Assembly: GCA_016187035.1 (NCBI GenBank)
Contig: JACPKL010000005.1
Location: 71,150-135,149 of the forward strand
DNA: 64,000 nucleotides
Direction: 5' to 3'
Origin: Candidatus Daviesbacteria bacterium
Lineage (GTDB): Bacteria; Patescibacteriota; Microgenomatia; Daviesbacterales; UBA10151
Part shown: positions 28,544 through 37,673 of the stretch, one piece after another
Layout: the number at the start of each line of letters is the position of its first letter
How positions within the stretch are numbered: the stretch's first letter is position 1
Made by a program: the position numbers and the translations under genes
The notes under the pieces: model-generated
Told to the model about the DNA's origin: nothing
Seen by the model: only the letters and a program-made list of their open reading frames with translations
Database searches by the model: none

Positions 28544-30193
28544 ATGAGAAAAAAGATATTTCTTTGGCTAGTTTTTATAACCATAATTTCCTTCATTCTT
28601 AGATTCTATAAAGTTACTAATGACCCGCCATCTCTGAATTGGGACGAGGTTTCCATTGGTTATAATGCTTATTCTATTTTAAAAACAGGAAAAGATGAAT
28701 GGGGGAAGTTTTTACCAATACACTTTAAATCATACGGTGAGTATAAGCTACCTCTTCAAATCTACGCTAGTATACCTGGAATATACTTCTTTGGACTGAA
28801 TGAATTAGGTGTGAGAATAACCCCAATTATATATGGAACATTAACTGTTCTAGTATTATTCTTCTTGGGGAGAGAACTTCTTGGAAGTGAATTAGCGGGT
28901 TTAGTTTCTGCTTTCCTTTTAGGAATTTCCCCTTGGCATATCCAACTTACCAGAGCATCTTTTGAATCTTCATTTGCAACATTTTGGGTAGTTTTGGGAG
29001 TATGGTTTCTAATAAAGGGATTCAAGAACAAGAAGTGGTTTATATTTTCTATGATCCCTTTTGCGTTATCGGTTTTTACTTATAATTCTGCTAGGATTTT
29101 TGCGCCAACTTTTTTATTCACAGTTTTTATAATTTACAGAAAAAAATTTATTGCATTAAAAAAAGTAATATTACTCTCTTTTATAGTATTTTTAATATTG
29201 TTATTTCCGCTGGCCCCTTTTTTACTAAGCGGAGAAAGAAGTGCCAGGTATAAATTAGTAAGTATCACTGATGATCCAGGTTTAATTCCCAGAATTAATG
29301 AAAATAGGGGTCATTCGCAACTTCCAAAGCCTCTACCCCGTCTAATCCATAATAAAGTTACATACATAAGTTACTATTTTATCAGAAATTACTTTGCTCA
29401 TTTTACACCTCAGTTCTTATTTATTTCTGGAGCTCCGCATAAGCAACATCACGTACAAAATATGGGTGAGCTTTATTACTTCCAAGCGCCATTCCTTATC
29501 ATGGGATTGTTTGCATTATTTTATTTAAAAAATAAGTACAAAGGGATACTTTTTGCTTGGGTTTTATTAAGTTTTATCCCGGTAGCTGTTACACAAGATA
29601 GTATTCCGCATGCTTTAAGGACTTTAATAGCTGTTCCCTTTTACCAACTAGTGAGCGCATTGGGTTTTGTATTCAGTCTGAGATGGCTTAGAAGGAGTAC
29701 CTTATTAAAGGTGATTTTTTTCGCAATGCTCATAATCATCATACTTATTAGTGTAGTCTATTATTTATATCAATATTATCTGGTTTATCCGGTTAGATAT
29801 TCCAGAGACTGGCAATATGGCTACAAACAAGTTGTAGATTACATTAACAACCATAAAGATAATTATGATGAGATAGTGTTTTCTAGACACTACGGAGAGC
29901 CGCATATGTTCACTCTATTTTATCTTAATTATGACCCTAATAGATATCAGCATAGCCCGAATCTAATACGGTTTGAAACTTATAATTGGGTATGGGTGTT
30001 AAGATTTGATAAATTCTACTTCCCAGATTTAGGTGATAAAGGGACCCGGTTTGCAGATATAGTTAAGGAAAACCCAAATAAGAAATTACTGTTTATCGGT
30101 AGAAAAGGAGATTTTCCTAAAGAAATCCCGCGGTTATTCTCTGTAAATTTCTTTAACAACGAAAATGTCTTTGATGTTATAGAGGTCAAGTGA
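28544..30193 (+). CDS. GT39/ArnT/PMT_2-like membrane glycosyltransferase (paralog 6 of 8).
   Basis: ATG 28544 (MRKKIFLWLVF) is preferred over the track TTG at 28520. Motifs LNWDEVSIGYNAYSILKTGKDEWGKFLPIHF, ISPWHIQLTRAS, HFTPQFLFISGAPHKQ and C-terminal WQYGYKQVVDY. Confidence 0.7.
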   Translation: MRKKIFLWLVFITIISFILRFYKVTNDPPSLNWDEVSIGYNAYSILKTGKDEWGKFLPIHFKSYGEYKLPLQIYASIPGIYFFGLNELGVRITPIIYGTLTVLVLFFLGRELLGSELAGLVSAFLLGISPWHIQLTRASFESSFATFWVVLGVWFLIKGFKNKKWFIFSMIPFALSVFTYNSARIFAPTFLFTVFIIYRKKFIALKKVILLSFIVFLILLFPLAPFLLSGERSARYKLVSITDDPGLIPRINENRGHSQLPKPLPRLIHNKVTYISYYFIRNYFAHFTPQFLFISGAPHKQHHVQNMGELYYFQAPFLIMGLFALFYLKNKYKGILFAWVLLSFIPVAVTQDSIPHALRTLIAVPFYQLVSALGFVFSLRWLRRSTLLKVIFFAMLIIIILISVVYYLYQYYLVYPVRYSRDWQYGYKQVVDYINNHKDNYDEIVFSRHYGEPHMFTLFYLNYDPNRYQHSPNLIRFETYNWVWVLRFDKFYFPDLGDKGTRFADIVKENPNKKLLFIGRKGDFPKEIPRLFSVNFFNNENVFDVIEVK

Positions 30194-30233
30194 TTATTCT
30201 GCTTCAGGTTTGAGATCATGCTATGATTGAAAT

Positions 30234-31781
30234 ATGTCTTATTCAAACTTACTAAGACCTAAGTATTTGTTTATCCTTATTTGCTTACTTTTTCTAATTA
30301 CCAGGCTATATAAAATTAATCAAATTCCAGCTTCCGTATATTGGGATGAAGCATCTATAGGATATAATGCTTACTCGATCACTTTAGACGGGAGAGATGA
30401 ATGGGGGAAGTTTTTACCAATACACTTTAGGGCTTTTGGAGAGTTTAAGTTACCTGTTTATATTTATGTTACTGCAGCTTTTGTTAAGGTATTCGGTTTG
30501 AATGAGTTCTCAGTTAGGATACCTGCTGTCTTGTTTTCTCTAGGAGTAATCATTATGACTTATCTCTTAGCAAAAAAAGTAACAAAAAATACTATCATAG
30601 GGTTGTTAAGCAGCTTTTTTGTAACTATTTCCCCTTATTTTTTTATTTTTAGCAGAACAGGGTACGAAGCTACTGCAGGATTAATGTTTTATCTTTTAGC
30701 TATCTACCTCCTATTAATTAAAGGAAATAACTGGAATATATTATTTTCAATTATTAGTTTCATCATCAGCTTTTATAGTTATAATAGTTTTAGAATTCTA
30801 ACTCCAATTACTATATTAGTAATTTTTATACTTAATATTTCTTATTTTAAATTAGCTCTTAAAAAAGATATTGCTCCACTGATACTTGCTTTTTTGATCT
30901 TGTCGCTTAGCGTAATACCTATATATAGACTGTATACATATGATACTGGCAGCTTAAGATTCCAAACGGTTAGCGTTTTGAAAGCTAAGGATATCTTTGG
31001 TAACTATTTCTCGCACTTTAGTTTGGACTTTTTACTTAACGGAGACAAAAATTCTAGAAGTCAGCAAAAAGGTTTTGGCCAGATCTATCTTCCTGATTTT
31101 ATTTTAATATTTTTAGGTCTATTGTTCTTGCTGATCAAGAAGCAAAAAAATAGCATAATCTTACTTTTATTATTACTCATAAGCCCAATTCCTGCTGCAA
31201 TTACGAAAGAATCGCCTCATGCACTTAGAACGATATCACTAGCTCCTTTTTTAAGTATTTTTTCAGCTTTGGGGGTAATTTCCCTAAGAGAGTTGTTAGA
31301 AAGAATATTTAGTAAAAAGATAGGGTTTATTGAATTTGGTACTGTGATTATTATGTTTTTATTTTTTATAAATTATTTAATTAACTTTATAAAGATATAT
31401 CCCTCCCAATCATCAAAGGATTGGCAATATGGTTATAAAAGGATTTACACAGATTTTCAGGATCAACTTACAAGATATCAACATATTGTTATCTCTGATG
31501 AGTATGCTCAGCCTTATATATTTGCTTTATTTTACTTAAAAATCAATCCTGAGGCATTTAGAAAAACAGTGATGAGGAATCATGTATCAAATTGGGGTTT
31601 TTCCACAGTATCAGATTTCGATAAGTTTAAATTTGGTAAAGTAAATAAATTATCAAATGATGGAAGTTTAAAAAATAGTTTAATTTTTTCCTCTGATCAA
31701 GATAAATTACCAAATAAAGAATACTTAAACCTAATTAAATCTTTAGACGGAGATATTGCTTTTTGGGTTTATCAATTATGA
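30234..31781 (+). CDS. GT39/ArnT/PMT_2-like membrane glycosyltransferase (paralog 7 of 8).
   Basis: Motifs VYWDEASIGYNAYSITLDGRDEWGKFLPIHF, ISPYFFIFSRTG, HFSLDFLLNGDKNSRSQ and C-terminal WQYGYKRIYTDF. Confidence 0.7.
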   Translation: MSYSNLLRPKYLFILICLLFLITRLYKINQIPASVYWDEASIGYNAYSITLDGRDEWGKFLPIHFRAFGEFKLPVYIYVTAAFVKVFGLNEFSVRIPAVLFSLGVIIMTYLLAKKVTKNTIIGLLSSFFVTISPYFFIFSRTGYEATAGLMFYLLAIYLLLIKGNNWNILFSIISFIISFYSYNSFRILTPITILVIFILNISYFKLALKKDIAPLILAFLILSLSVIPIYRLYTYDTGSLRFQTVSVLKAKDIFGNYFSHFSLDFLLNGDKNSRSQQKGFGQIYLPDFILIFLGLLFLLIKKQKNSIILLLLLLISPIPAAITKESPHALRTISLAPFLSIFSALGVISLRELLERIFSKKIGFIEFGTVIIMFLFFINYLINFIKIYPSQSSKDWQYGYKRIYTDFQDQLTRYQHIVISDEYAQPYIFALFYLKINPEAFRKTVMRNHVSNWGFSTVSDFDKFKFGKVNKLSNDGSLKNSLIFSSDQDKLPNKEYLNLIKSLDGDIAFWVYQL

Positions 31782-33382
31782 ACGAAAAAAGACTTTGTAA
31801 AAAATCTTTTTTGCTAATACTGATTGTTATATTTTCTTTAATGATAAGAGTATATAAGATTGATTCCGCGCCTTCGTCTTTAACATGGGATGAAGCGGCT
31901 GTCGGTTATAATGCTTGGACAATTGCTAATTACGGAAGGGATGAGTATGGCAAATTATTCCCAATCTATTTTAGGTCTTTTGGAGAAGATAAACAACCAA
32001 TACACATCTATATAACAGCTCTGTTTGTAAAATTTCTTGATTTATCAGAATTTAGTACCAGAATGCCAGCGGCTGTTTTTGGCACGATTAACGTATTATT
32101 AATCTTCTATCTGGCAAGATCACTATTCAATAACAGCTATATAGGTTTGTTATCATCATTTTTCCTAGCTATTTCTCCTCATAATATTCATTTTTCCAAG
32201 TTTAATCACGAAGCTAATTTCGCGCTTTTTTTCTTCATGTTCGGTCTCTTATTATTCTTCTATTCATTGAAAAAAAATAAAAGCTTTTTGTCATTATCTA
32301 TCTTGTCTTTTATTTTAAGTATGATATCTTATCATGCTGCTGAAATTGCAGTTCCTCCCGTTATTTTATTGTTAGGAGTTTTATATGCAAAAAATCTTAC
32401 TAAAGAAAAAATTAATATATTAATTTCGTTGATTTTGTTGTTGGGTTTTATCTTACTAGCAATATTTCAGCCACGTCTATTAGGAGTTAATAGATTTAAT
32501 CAAACTGTTCAAGGAAAGAATGATATTGAAAAGACCTTATTATTTAATAAAACACAAAATTTATTATTAGGTAGGGTTAACTTAATTTTTAGTCAATATT
32601 TATCGTATTTTAACCCAAAATTTCTATTTATCTCTGGAGACAAAAATTCTAGATTGTCTGCCCAGGGAGCAGGAGAGTTTTATAAAATTGATGCGGTTTT
32701 TTTAATCATAGGAGTAATCTGTTTATTATATAAAAGATCTAAAGAAGGATTACTTATTGTAGGTTGGGCTTTAATTGCTCCATTGCCCGGTAGCGTCGTT
32801 GGAGAAGCTCCTCATGCAGGCAGAGCTATGTTTATGATGGGAAGCTGGCATATTATATCAGCGATAGGATTTTTCTCGCTCGTAGGTTTATTAAAAAAGA
32901 AAATATTTAAATGGTTTTTAGCAACTGTGTTTATAGCTTATTTAATGATTTCTTTATCAGAATATTTAAAATATTATTATGGAGAATTTACAAAAAGATA
33001 TGCCATTGATTGGCAATACGGAATGAAGCAAATTGCTCAATATGCTAACGAGCACAAAGAATATGACCAAGTATACATTACTTCAATACGATCACAGCCT
33101 TATATATTTCTATTATATTATTTAAAGATACCGCTTCCGGTTTATCTAGATACAGTTATTTATAATAATTCAAAAGATAAAAGCTCCAATAATGTATCAT
33201 TATTTGGGAAATATTCTTTTGGAGGATGGAATTCAATTGAAAGTCCAGCTAGCAAGGGGGTATTATATGTGTTAAGTCCAAGCGAATATGATGGGTTAGC
33301 GTATAAGTTTAACTATGATATCAAAAATATTATTTATTATCCAAACAGAACAACAGCATTTTATCTTGTTAGCTTAAAGTAA
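31778..33382 (+). CDS. GT39/ArnT/PMT_2-like membrane glycosyltransferase (paralog 8 of 8).
   Basis: ATG 31778 in an ATGA overlap (the track start at 31763 is a TTG). Motifs LTWDEAAVGYNAWTIANYGRDEYGKLFPIYF, ISPHNIHFSKFN, YFNPKFLFISGDKNSRLS and C-terminal WQYGMKQIAQY. Confidence 0.7.
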   Translation: MNEKRLCKKSFLLILIVIFSLMIRVYKIDSAPSSLTWDEAAVGYNAWTIANYGRDEYGKLFPIYFRSFGEDKQPIHIYITALFVKFLDLSEFSTRMPAAVFGTINVLLIFYLARSLFNNSYIGLLSSFFLAISPHNIHFSKFNHEANFALFFFMFGLLLFFYSLKKNKSFLSLSILSFILSMISYHAAEIAVPPVILLLGVLYAKNLTKEKINILISLILLLGFILLAIFQPRLLGVNRFNQTVQGKNDIEKTLLFNKTQNLLLGRVNLIFSQYLSYFNPKFLFISGDKNSRLSAQGAGEFYKIDAVFLIIGVICLLYKRSKEGLLIVGWALIAPLPGSVVGEAPHAGRAMFMMGSWHIISAIGFFSLVGLLKKKIFKWFLATVFIAYLMISLSEYLKYYYGEFTKRYAIDWQYGMKQIAQYANEHKEYDQVYITSIRSQPYIFLLYYLKIPLPVYLDTVIYNNSKDKSSNNVSLFGKYSFGGWNSIESPASKGVLYVLSPSEYDGLAYKFNYDIKNIIYYPNRTTAFYLVSLK

Positions 33383-34152
33383 TGAAGACATTATCAGTTG
33401 TCCTTGCAGTTTTTAACGAAGAAAAAAATATAGGAGAATGTTTAGCGTCAGTTGGAAACCTCGCCTCAGAGATTGTGATAGTTGACGGAGGATCGACAGA
33501 CAGAACTTTGAGTATTGTCAAAAAGTTTGATGCAAAAGTAATACAGAATAAAAATCTTCCAATATTCCATATTAATAAAAATATTGCAATTGATGCTGCC
33601 GCAGGCTATTGGATATTACAATTAGATGCAGATGAAGTGGTCACAAAAGAATTATCAGACGAAATTAAAAAAATAATTTCTAAAGATTTAGATACAAATG
33701 GCTACTGGATTCCAAGAAGGAATCTTTTTCTTGGTAAGTTTCTTAAGAAAGGCGGTCAGTACCCAGATTATACTTTAAGACTTTATAAAAGAGGGTTAGG
33801 CCGGCTGCCCGGAAAAGATGTGCACGAGCAGGCTGTTGTTCAGGGCAAAGTAGGATATCTTAAAAACGACCTGTTGCATTTAAGAGATAAAAATTTCTCA
33901 ATTTATCTTAGTAGATTCAATAGGTATACTGATCTTTTAGCGCATCAACTTTATGAAGCTGGATATAATATTAACTTATTTTCTTTTGTAAACTATATTT
34001 TGATAAAACCTATCTTTTGGTTTATTAGATCATTTATCAGGCATAGGGGTTATATAGATGGATTTCCAGGATTTGTTTTTTCTTTATTTTCTTCATTTAG
34101 ATTTCCTGTTGCTTTTATTAAATTATGGGAGATAAAAAGGAGAAAGAATTGA
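33382..34152 (+). CDS. GT2 glycosyltransferase (KdtX/WaaE-like subfamily, third paralog).
   Basis: LSVVLAVFNEEKNIGECLASV..ASEIVIVDGGSTDRTLSIVKKFDAKV, DxD motif LDADEV, and C-terminal GYIDGFPGF..FIKLWE. Confidence 0.7.
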   Translation: MKTLSVVLAVFNEEKNIGECLASVGNLASEIVIVDGGSTDRTLSIVKKFDAKVIQNKNLPIFHINKNIAIDAAAGYWILQLDADEVVTKELSDEIKKIISKDLDTNGYWIPRRNLFLGKFLKKGGQYPDYTLRLYKRGLGRLPGKDVHEQAVVQGKVGYLKNDLLHLRDKNFSIYLSRFNRYTDLLAHQLYEAGYNINLFSFVNYILIKPIFWFIRSFIRHRGYIDGFPGFVFSLFSSFRFPVAFIKLWEIKRRKN

Positions 34153-35222
34153 AAATAGCTATTAACATACACCCGCTAAAAACAGGTCATAAAGATAGAG
34201 GAACAGGGTTATACACTATCAATTTACTGGAAAATCTTAAAAAAGATAATAGTTTGATAATTCAGGAATTTGCTAATCTTTCCGAAGTAGAAGATGCCGA
34301 CGTGATACATTTTCCTTGGTTTGACTTTTTCTTTCATACATTACCTATAAAAAGAAAATTTAAAACAATAGTTACCATCCACGACACAATTCCATTAGTA
34401 TTTCCTAATTATTATCCTGTTGGATTAAGAGGACAATTCAATTTTTTCCTCCAAAAGCTTGCATTAAATACCTGTAAAAGCATAATTACAGATTCTCGGG
34501 TTTCAAAAGATGATATTGTCGAGTATTTAAAAATTGAGAAAGAAAAGATTTCCACGGTTTATTTGGCAGCTAATGAGAATTTTAAGCCCCAGAGCGACAC
34601 CAAACTTTTACATATCAAAAGAAAATATCATTTACCTGATAGATTCTTATTATATGTAGGAGATGCCAATTGGGTTAAGAATTTACCTTTTTTAATTGAA
34701 GGATTTAATAATTTAATAAAAACTCCTAATTTTTCTGATGTTAAATTAGCTTTAATCGGAGGGGTATTTTTAAAGAAGGTTGAAAATATTGATCATCCAG
34801 AATTAGAAAGCTTAAAAAAGGTTAATGAACTGATTAAAAAGAATAATTTAGATAAGTATATTTTAAGACCAGGAGGGTTGGATTTAAATGAATTGGTCTG
34901 TTTTTATAATTTGGCAACTTTGTATGTTCAACCCTCTTTATACGAGGGATTTGGATTACCAGTTATTGAGGCGTTATCTTGTGGTACTCCGGTAGCAAGT
35001 TCAAATAAAGGCAGTCTTTTGGAGACAGGAGGAAATGCAGTTATTTATTTTGATCCCTCAAATCTTAATCAATTTATCTCCATATTGAAAGAAGTTTTAC
35101 AGGATAAATCTTTACAAGATAAATTATCAAAATTAGGTTTAAAAAGAGTGAAAGATTTTTCCTGGGAAAAAGCTTTAAAAGAGACAAAAGATATCTATCT
35201 TAAAACTTTAAGAAATGATTAA
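34149..35222 (+). CDS. GT4 (group 1) glycosyltransferase.
   Basis: The probable start is TTG 34149 in a TTGA overlap, with GGAG (34139-42) 6 nt upstream. This gives the typical (M)KIAINIHPL N-terminus. ATG 34125 is an alternative. EX7E region YEGFGLPVIEALSCGTPVASS. Confidence 0.7.
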   Translation: MKIAINIHPLKTGHKDRGTGLYTINLLENLKKDNSLIIQEFANLSEVEDADVIHFPWFDFFFHTLPIKRKFKTIVTIHDTIPLVFPNYYPVGLRGQFNFFLQKLALNTCKSIITDSRVSKDDIVEYLKIEKEKISTVYLAANENFKPQSDTKLLHIKRKYHLPDRFLLYVGDANWVKNLPFLIEGFNNLIKTPNFSDVKLALIGGVFLKKVENIDHPELESLKKVNELIKKNNLDKYILRPGGLDLNELVCFYNLATLYVQPSLYEGFGLPVIEALSCGTPVASSNKGSLLETGGNAVIYFDPSNLNQFISILKEVLQDKSLQDKLSKLGLKRVKDFSWEKALKETKDIYLKTLRND

Positions 35223-36375
35223 TAAAATAAAGCTTTCTAATCATACTATTAAAATTATAACTCTTTTTATCTCATGGAGGATAATACTTATTATTACTAG
35301 TGTTTTTGCAATTAATTTTATACCTTTAAGATCTCCAGATAAATTTTTAGGCGGTGGGTCGATCAATTATCATCTTGAGCCTAAACTTTTTTCCTGGGCT
35401 AATTTTGATGGTGAACATTATCTTTCAATTGCCATTTTTGGATACAAAGATTTGGAGCAAGCTTTTTTTCCTGCTTATCCTTCAATCATTTCCTTTTTTG
35501 CTAGACCGTTTTCTAAAGACTTAGTGTCATCTTTAATAAATTCAACGATTGTTGGATTGATTATTTCAAATGCATCCTTATTAATTGGTTTATTATTTCT
35601 CTATGAATTAATCCTTATAGATTTTTCTAAAAAGATTAGCTTCCTGGTAATTATTTTAATTATGGTATTCCCTACATCATTCTATTTTGGCGCTATGTAT
35701 AACGAATCACTGTTCCTATTATTAATAGTATTAACTTTTTTACAAGCTAGAAAAGGAAACTGGTTCAGGGCCTCGTTTTTTGGGATGATTGCTGCTTCAA
35801 CTAGAGTGTTTGGCATATTCTTATTCCCTGCTTTGATTTTAGAGGCGTATTTACAAAAGAACTATAAAAGACTGTATTGGATATTCTTAATCCCTTTTGG
35901 CTTAGTATTATATATGTATTATCAATATATTACCGTAGGAGATCCACTTGCTTTTTATAATCTCCAAGATTTGGTTGGCGAACAAAGGCAGTCAAAGCTA
36001 ATTTTACTTCCGCAAGTATATTTCAGATATTTAAAAATGTTTATAACAGTGAACCCCAGTCAACCTATTTACCAGACTATCTTTCTTGAATTTATTGTGG
36101 GAATCATTTTTTTGATCCTACCGATATATGGTTACTTTAAAAAGATTAGACTTTCTTATTTACTATTTGCATTTTTTGGCTTTTTAATAACAACAGTTCA
36201 AGGAAGTTTTTCTTCAGTTCCACGCTATGTTTTAGTATTTTTTCCTTCGTTCATTGCGTTGGCTCTATGGTTTAACCGTCAGTCAAAATTATTAAAACTT
36301 TTGCTTATTTTACTATCAACACTTTTGCTTATTTTGGAGAGTGCATTATTTCTAAGGGGTTATTGGGTAGCATGA
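35215..36375 (+). CDS. Polytopic membrane protein, PIG-V/Gpi18-like mannosyltransferase family (GT-C).
   Basis: Signature WANFDGEHYLSIAIFGYKDLEQAFFPAYPSIISF matches the W.(N/W)(F/W)DG..Y..IA..GY....AFFP.YP motif of PIG-V-type proteins. About 9-10 TM helices. Confidence 0.55.
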   Translation: MINKIKLSNHTIKIITLFISWRIILIITSVFAINFIPLRSPDKFLGGGSINYHLEPKLFSWANFDGEHYLSIAIFGYKDLEQAFFPAYPSIISFFARPFSKDLVSSLINSTIVGLIISNASLLIGLLFLYELILIDFSKKISFLVIILIMVFPTSFYFGAMYNESLFLLLIVLTFLQARKGNWFRASFFGMIAASTRVFGIFLFPALILEAYLQKNYKRLYWIFLIPFGLVLYMYYQYITVGDPLAFYNLQDLVGEQRQSKLILLPQVYFRYLKMFITVNPSQPIYQTIFLEFIVGIIFLILPIYGYFKKIRLSYLLFAFFGFLITTVQGSFSSVPRYVLVFFPSFIALALWFNRQSKLLKLLLILLSTLLLILESALFLRGYWVA

Positions 36376-37673
36376 AAAAACATATTAATAAGTTAATTAG
36401 TAATCCGCTATTCTCTGGCAGCGCTATTATGCTTATTGGCTCTACTAGTGCAAGTGTTTTGAATTATCTCTATCACTTAATTGTCGGTAGATTACTAGGG
36501 CCTTCTGCATATGGTGAGTTAGCATCAATAATTTCTGTAGCAGGACTTCTTGGGGTAATACCAGCAGCTGCTAATCTTGTTATTGTGAAGCAAATTTCGT
36601 CAGCAGAAAATCCTACTGAAGTAAACAGTTTAATTAATTGGTTTAAAACAAAAATGTTTTTACTTTCTCTATCGTTTACAATTTTAATACTAATTTTATC
36701 CCCATTTATCTCATCTTTCCTAAAGATTTCTAAATTATCATACTTAATACTTATCAGTGTATCTTTTTTATTTTCTCTTCAATCTGGTTTCAATAGAGCA
36801 ATCTTACAAGGATTATTAAAGTTTAAGGAATTGGTGATCAGTATTTTAGCAGAAAATGCATCTAAGCTTTTAATGAGTGTAATATTTATCATGGCAGGTT
36901 TCGCGGTTAATGGAGCAATGTTTTCATTTGTATTAGCATCGTTTTTTGGATTTGCTCTTGTTAACCACTATTTGAAAATAAAAGATAAACCAGATTCTCA
37001 CGTATACTCGAATCTTAAACCTATGTTTTTATTAGTTTTACCTGTCTTAATTCAATCTATTTCAACCACTTCCATATATTCATCAGATGTAATTTTAGTA
37101 AAACATTTTTTTTCTTCATACGAGGCAGGAATTTATGCTTCTTTGTCTACTCTAGGTAAAATTATTTTTTTTGGCGTTGGTCCAATCAGTTCTGTAATGT
37201 TTCCTTTGGTTTCAATAAGAAACACTAAGGGAGGAAACTACAGAAAGATTTTATTTTCTGCCTTAGCTGCTACAACAGTTTTTGCGCTAGCAGTGTGCCT
37301 TTTCTATTTATTTTTGCCTGAAGTCGCAATTAATTTGCTTTTTGGGTCCCTCTATCTTAAATCTGCAAAATTGTTAATTTGGTTTGGGACCTTTATGACT
37401 TTATTTGCACTATCTTTTTTACTGATTAATTTTGGAATTTCTTTAGGAAGAAATAAAATCGTAATTTTTCCGCTTATTTTTTCAGTTTTGCAAATTATAT
37501 TGATTTATCTTTTTCATCAAACTTTACTCGAAGTAGTATTCGTTTCTAATATAGTTAACGCTTTACTACTAATAGCTCTGCTTATATACTTAAATTTTGA
37601 AAAGGGATTTAAATATGGAAAAAACTTCTACAAAAGAGGTAAAGTCGGTCTCAATAATAGTCCCAGCATATAA
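36372..37673 (+). CDS. Wzx-like oligosaccharide flippase (MOP superfamily).
   Basis: ATG 36372 in an ATGA overlap (the track TTG at 36363 is an alternative). About 12-14 TM helices. N-terminus SGSAIMLIGSTSASVLNYLYHLIVGRLLGPSAYGELASI is typical of the polysaccharide biosynthesis protein family. Confidence 0.6.
   Translation: MKKHINKLISNPLFSGSAIMLIGSTSASVLNYLYHLIVGRLLGPSAYGELASIISVAGLLGVIPAAANLVIVKQISSAENPTEVNSLINWFKTKMFLLSLSFTILILILSPFISSFLKISKLSYLILISVSFLFSLQSGFNRAILQGLLKFKELVISILAENASKLLMSVIFIMAGFAVNGAMFSFVLASFFGFALVNHYLKIKDKPDSHVYSNLKPMFLLVLPVLIQSISTTSIYSSDVILVKHFFSSYEAGIYASLSTLGKIIFFGVGPISSVMFPLVSIRNTKGGNYRKILFSALAATTVFALAVCLFYLFLPEVAINLLFGSLYLKSAKLLIWFGTFMTLFALSFLLINFGISLGRNKIVIFPLIFSVLQIILIYLFHQTLLEVVFVSNIVNALLLIALLIYLNFEKGFKYGKNFYKRGKVGLNNSPSI

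Noticed and set aside
30194-30233. A small inverted repeat ATCAT-GCT-ATGAT between paralogs 6 and 7, considered as a possible terminator.
   Set aside because: The stem is only 5 bp and AT-rich, with no U-tract. It is too weak to call.
9576-33382. The tandem GT39-like repeats considered as a mobile element or as an assembly artefact.
   Set aside because: The copies are strongly diverged at nucleotide level except for one 34-nt tract. They have distinct junctions with translational coupling and no terminal inverted repeats or transposase. A collapsed or duplicated assembly would give near-identical copies.
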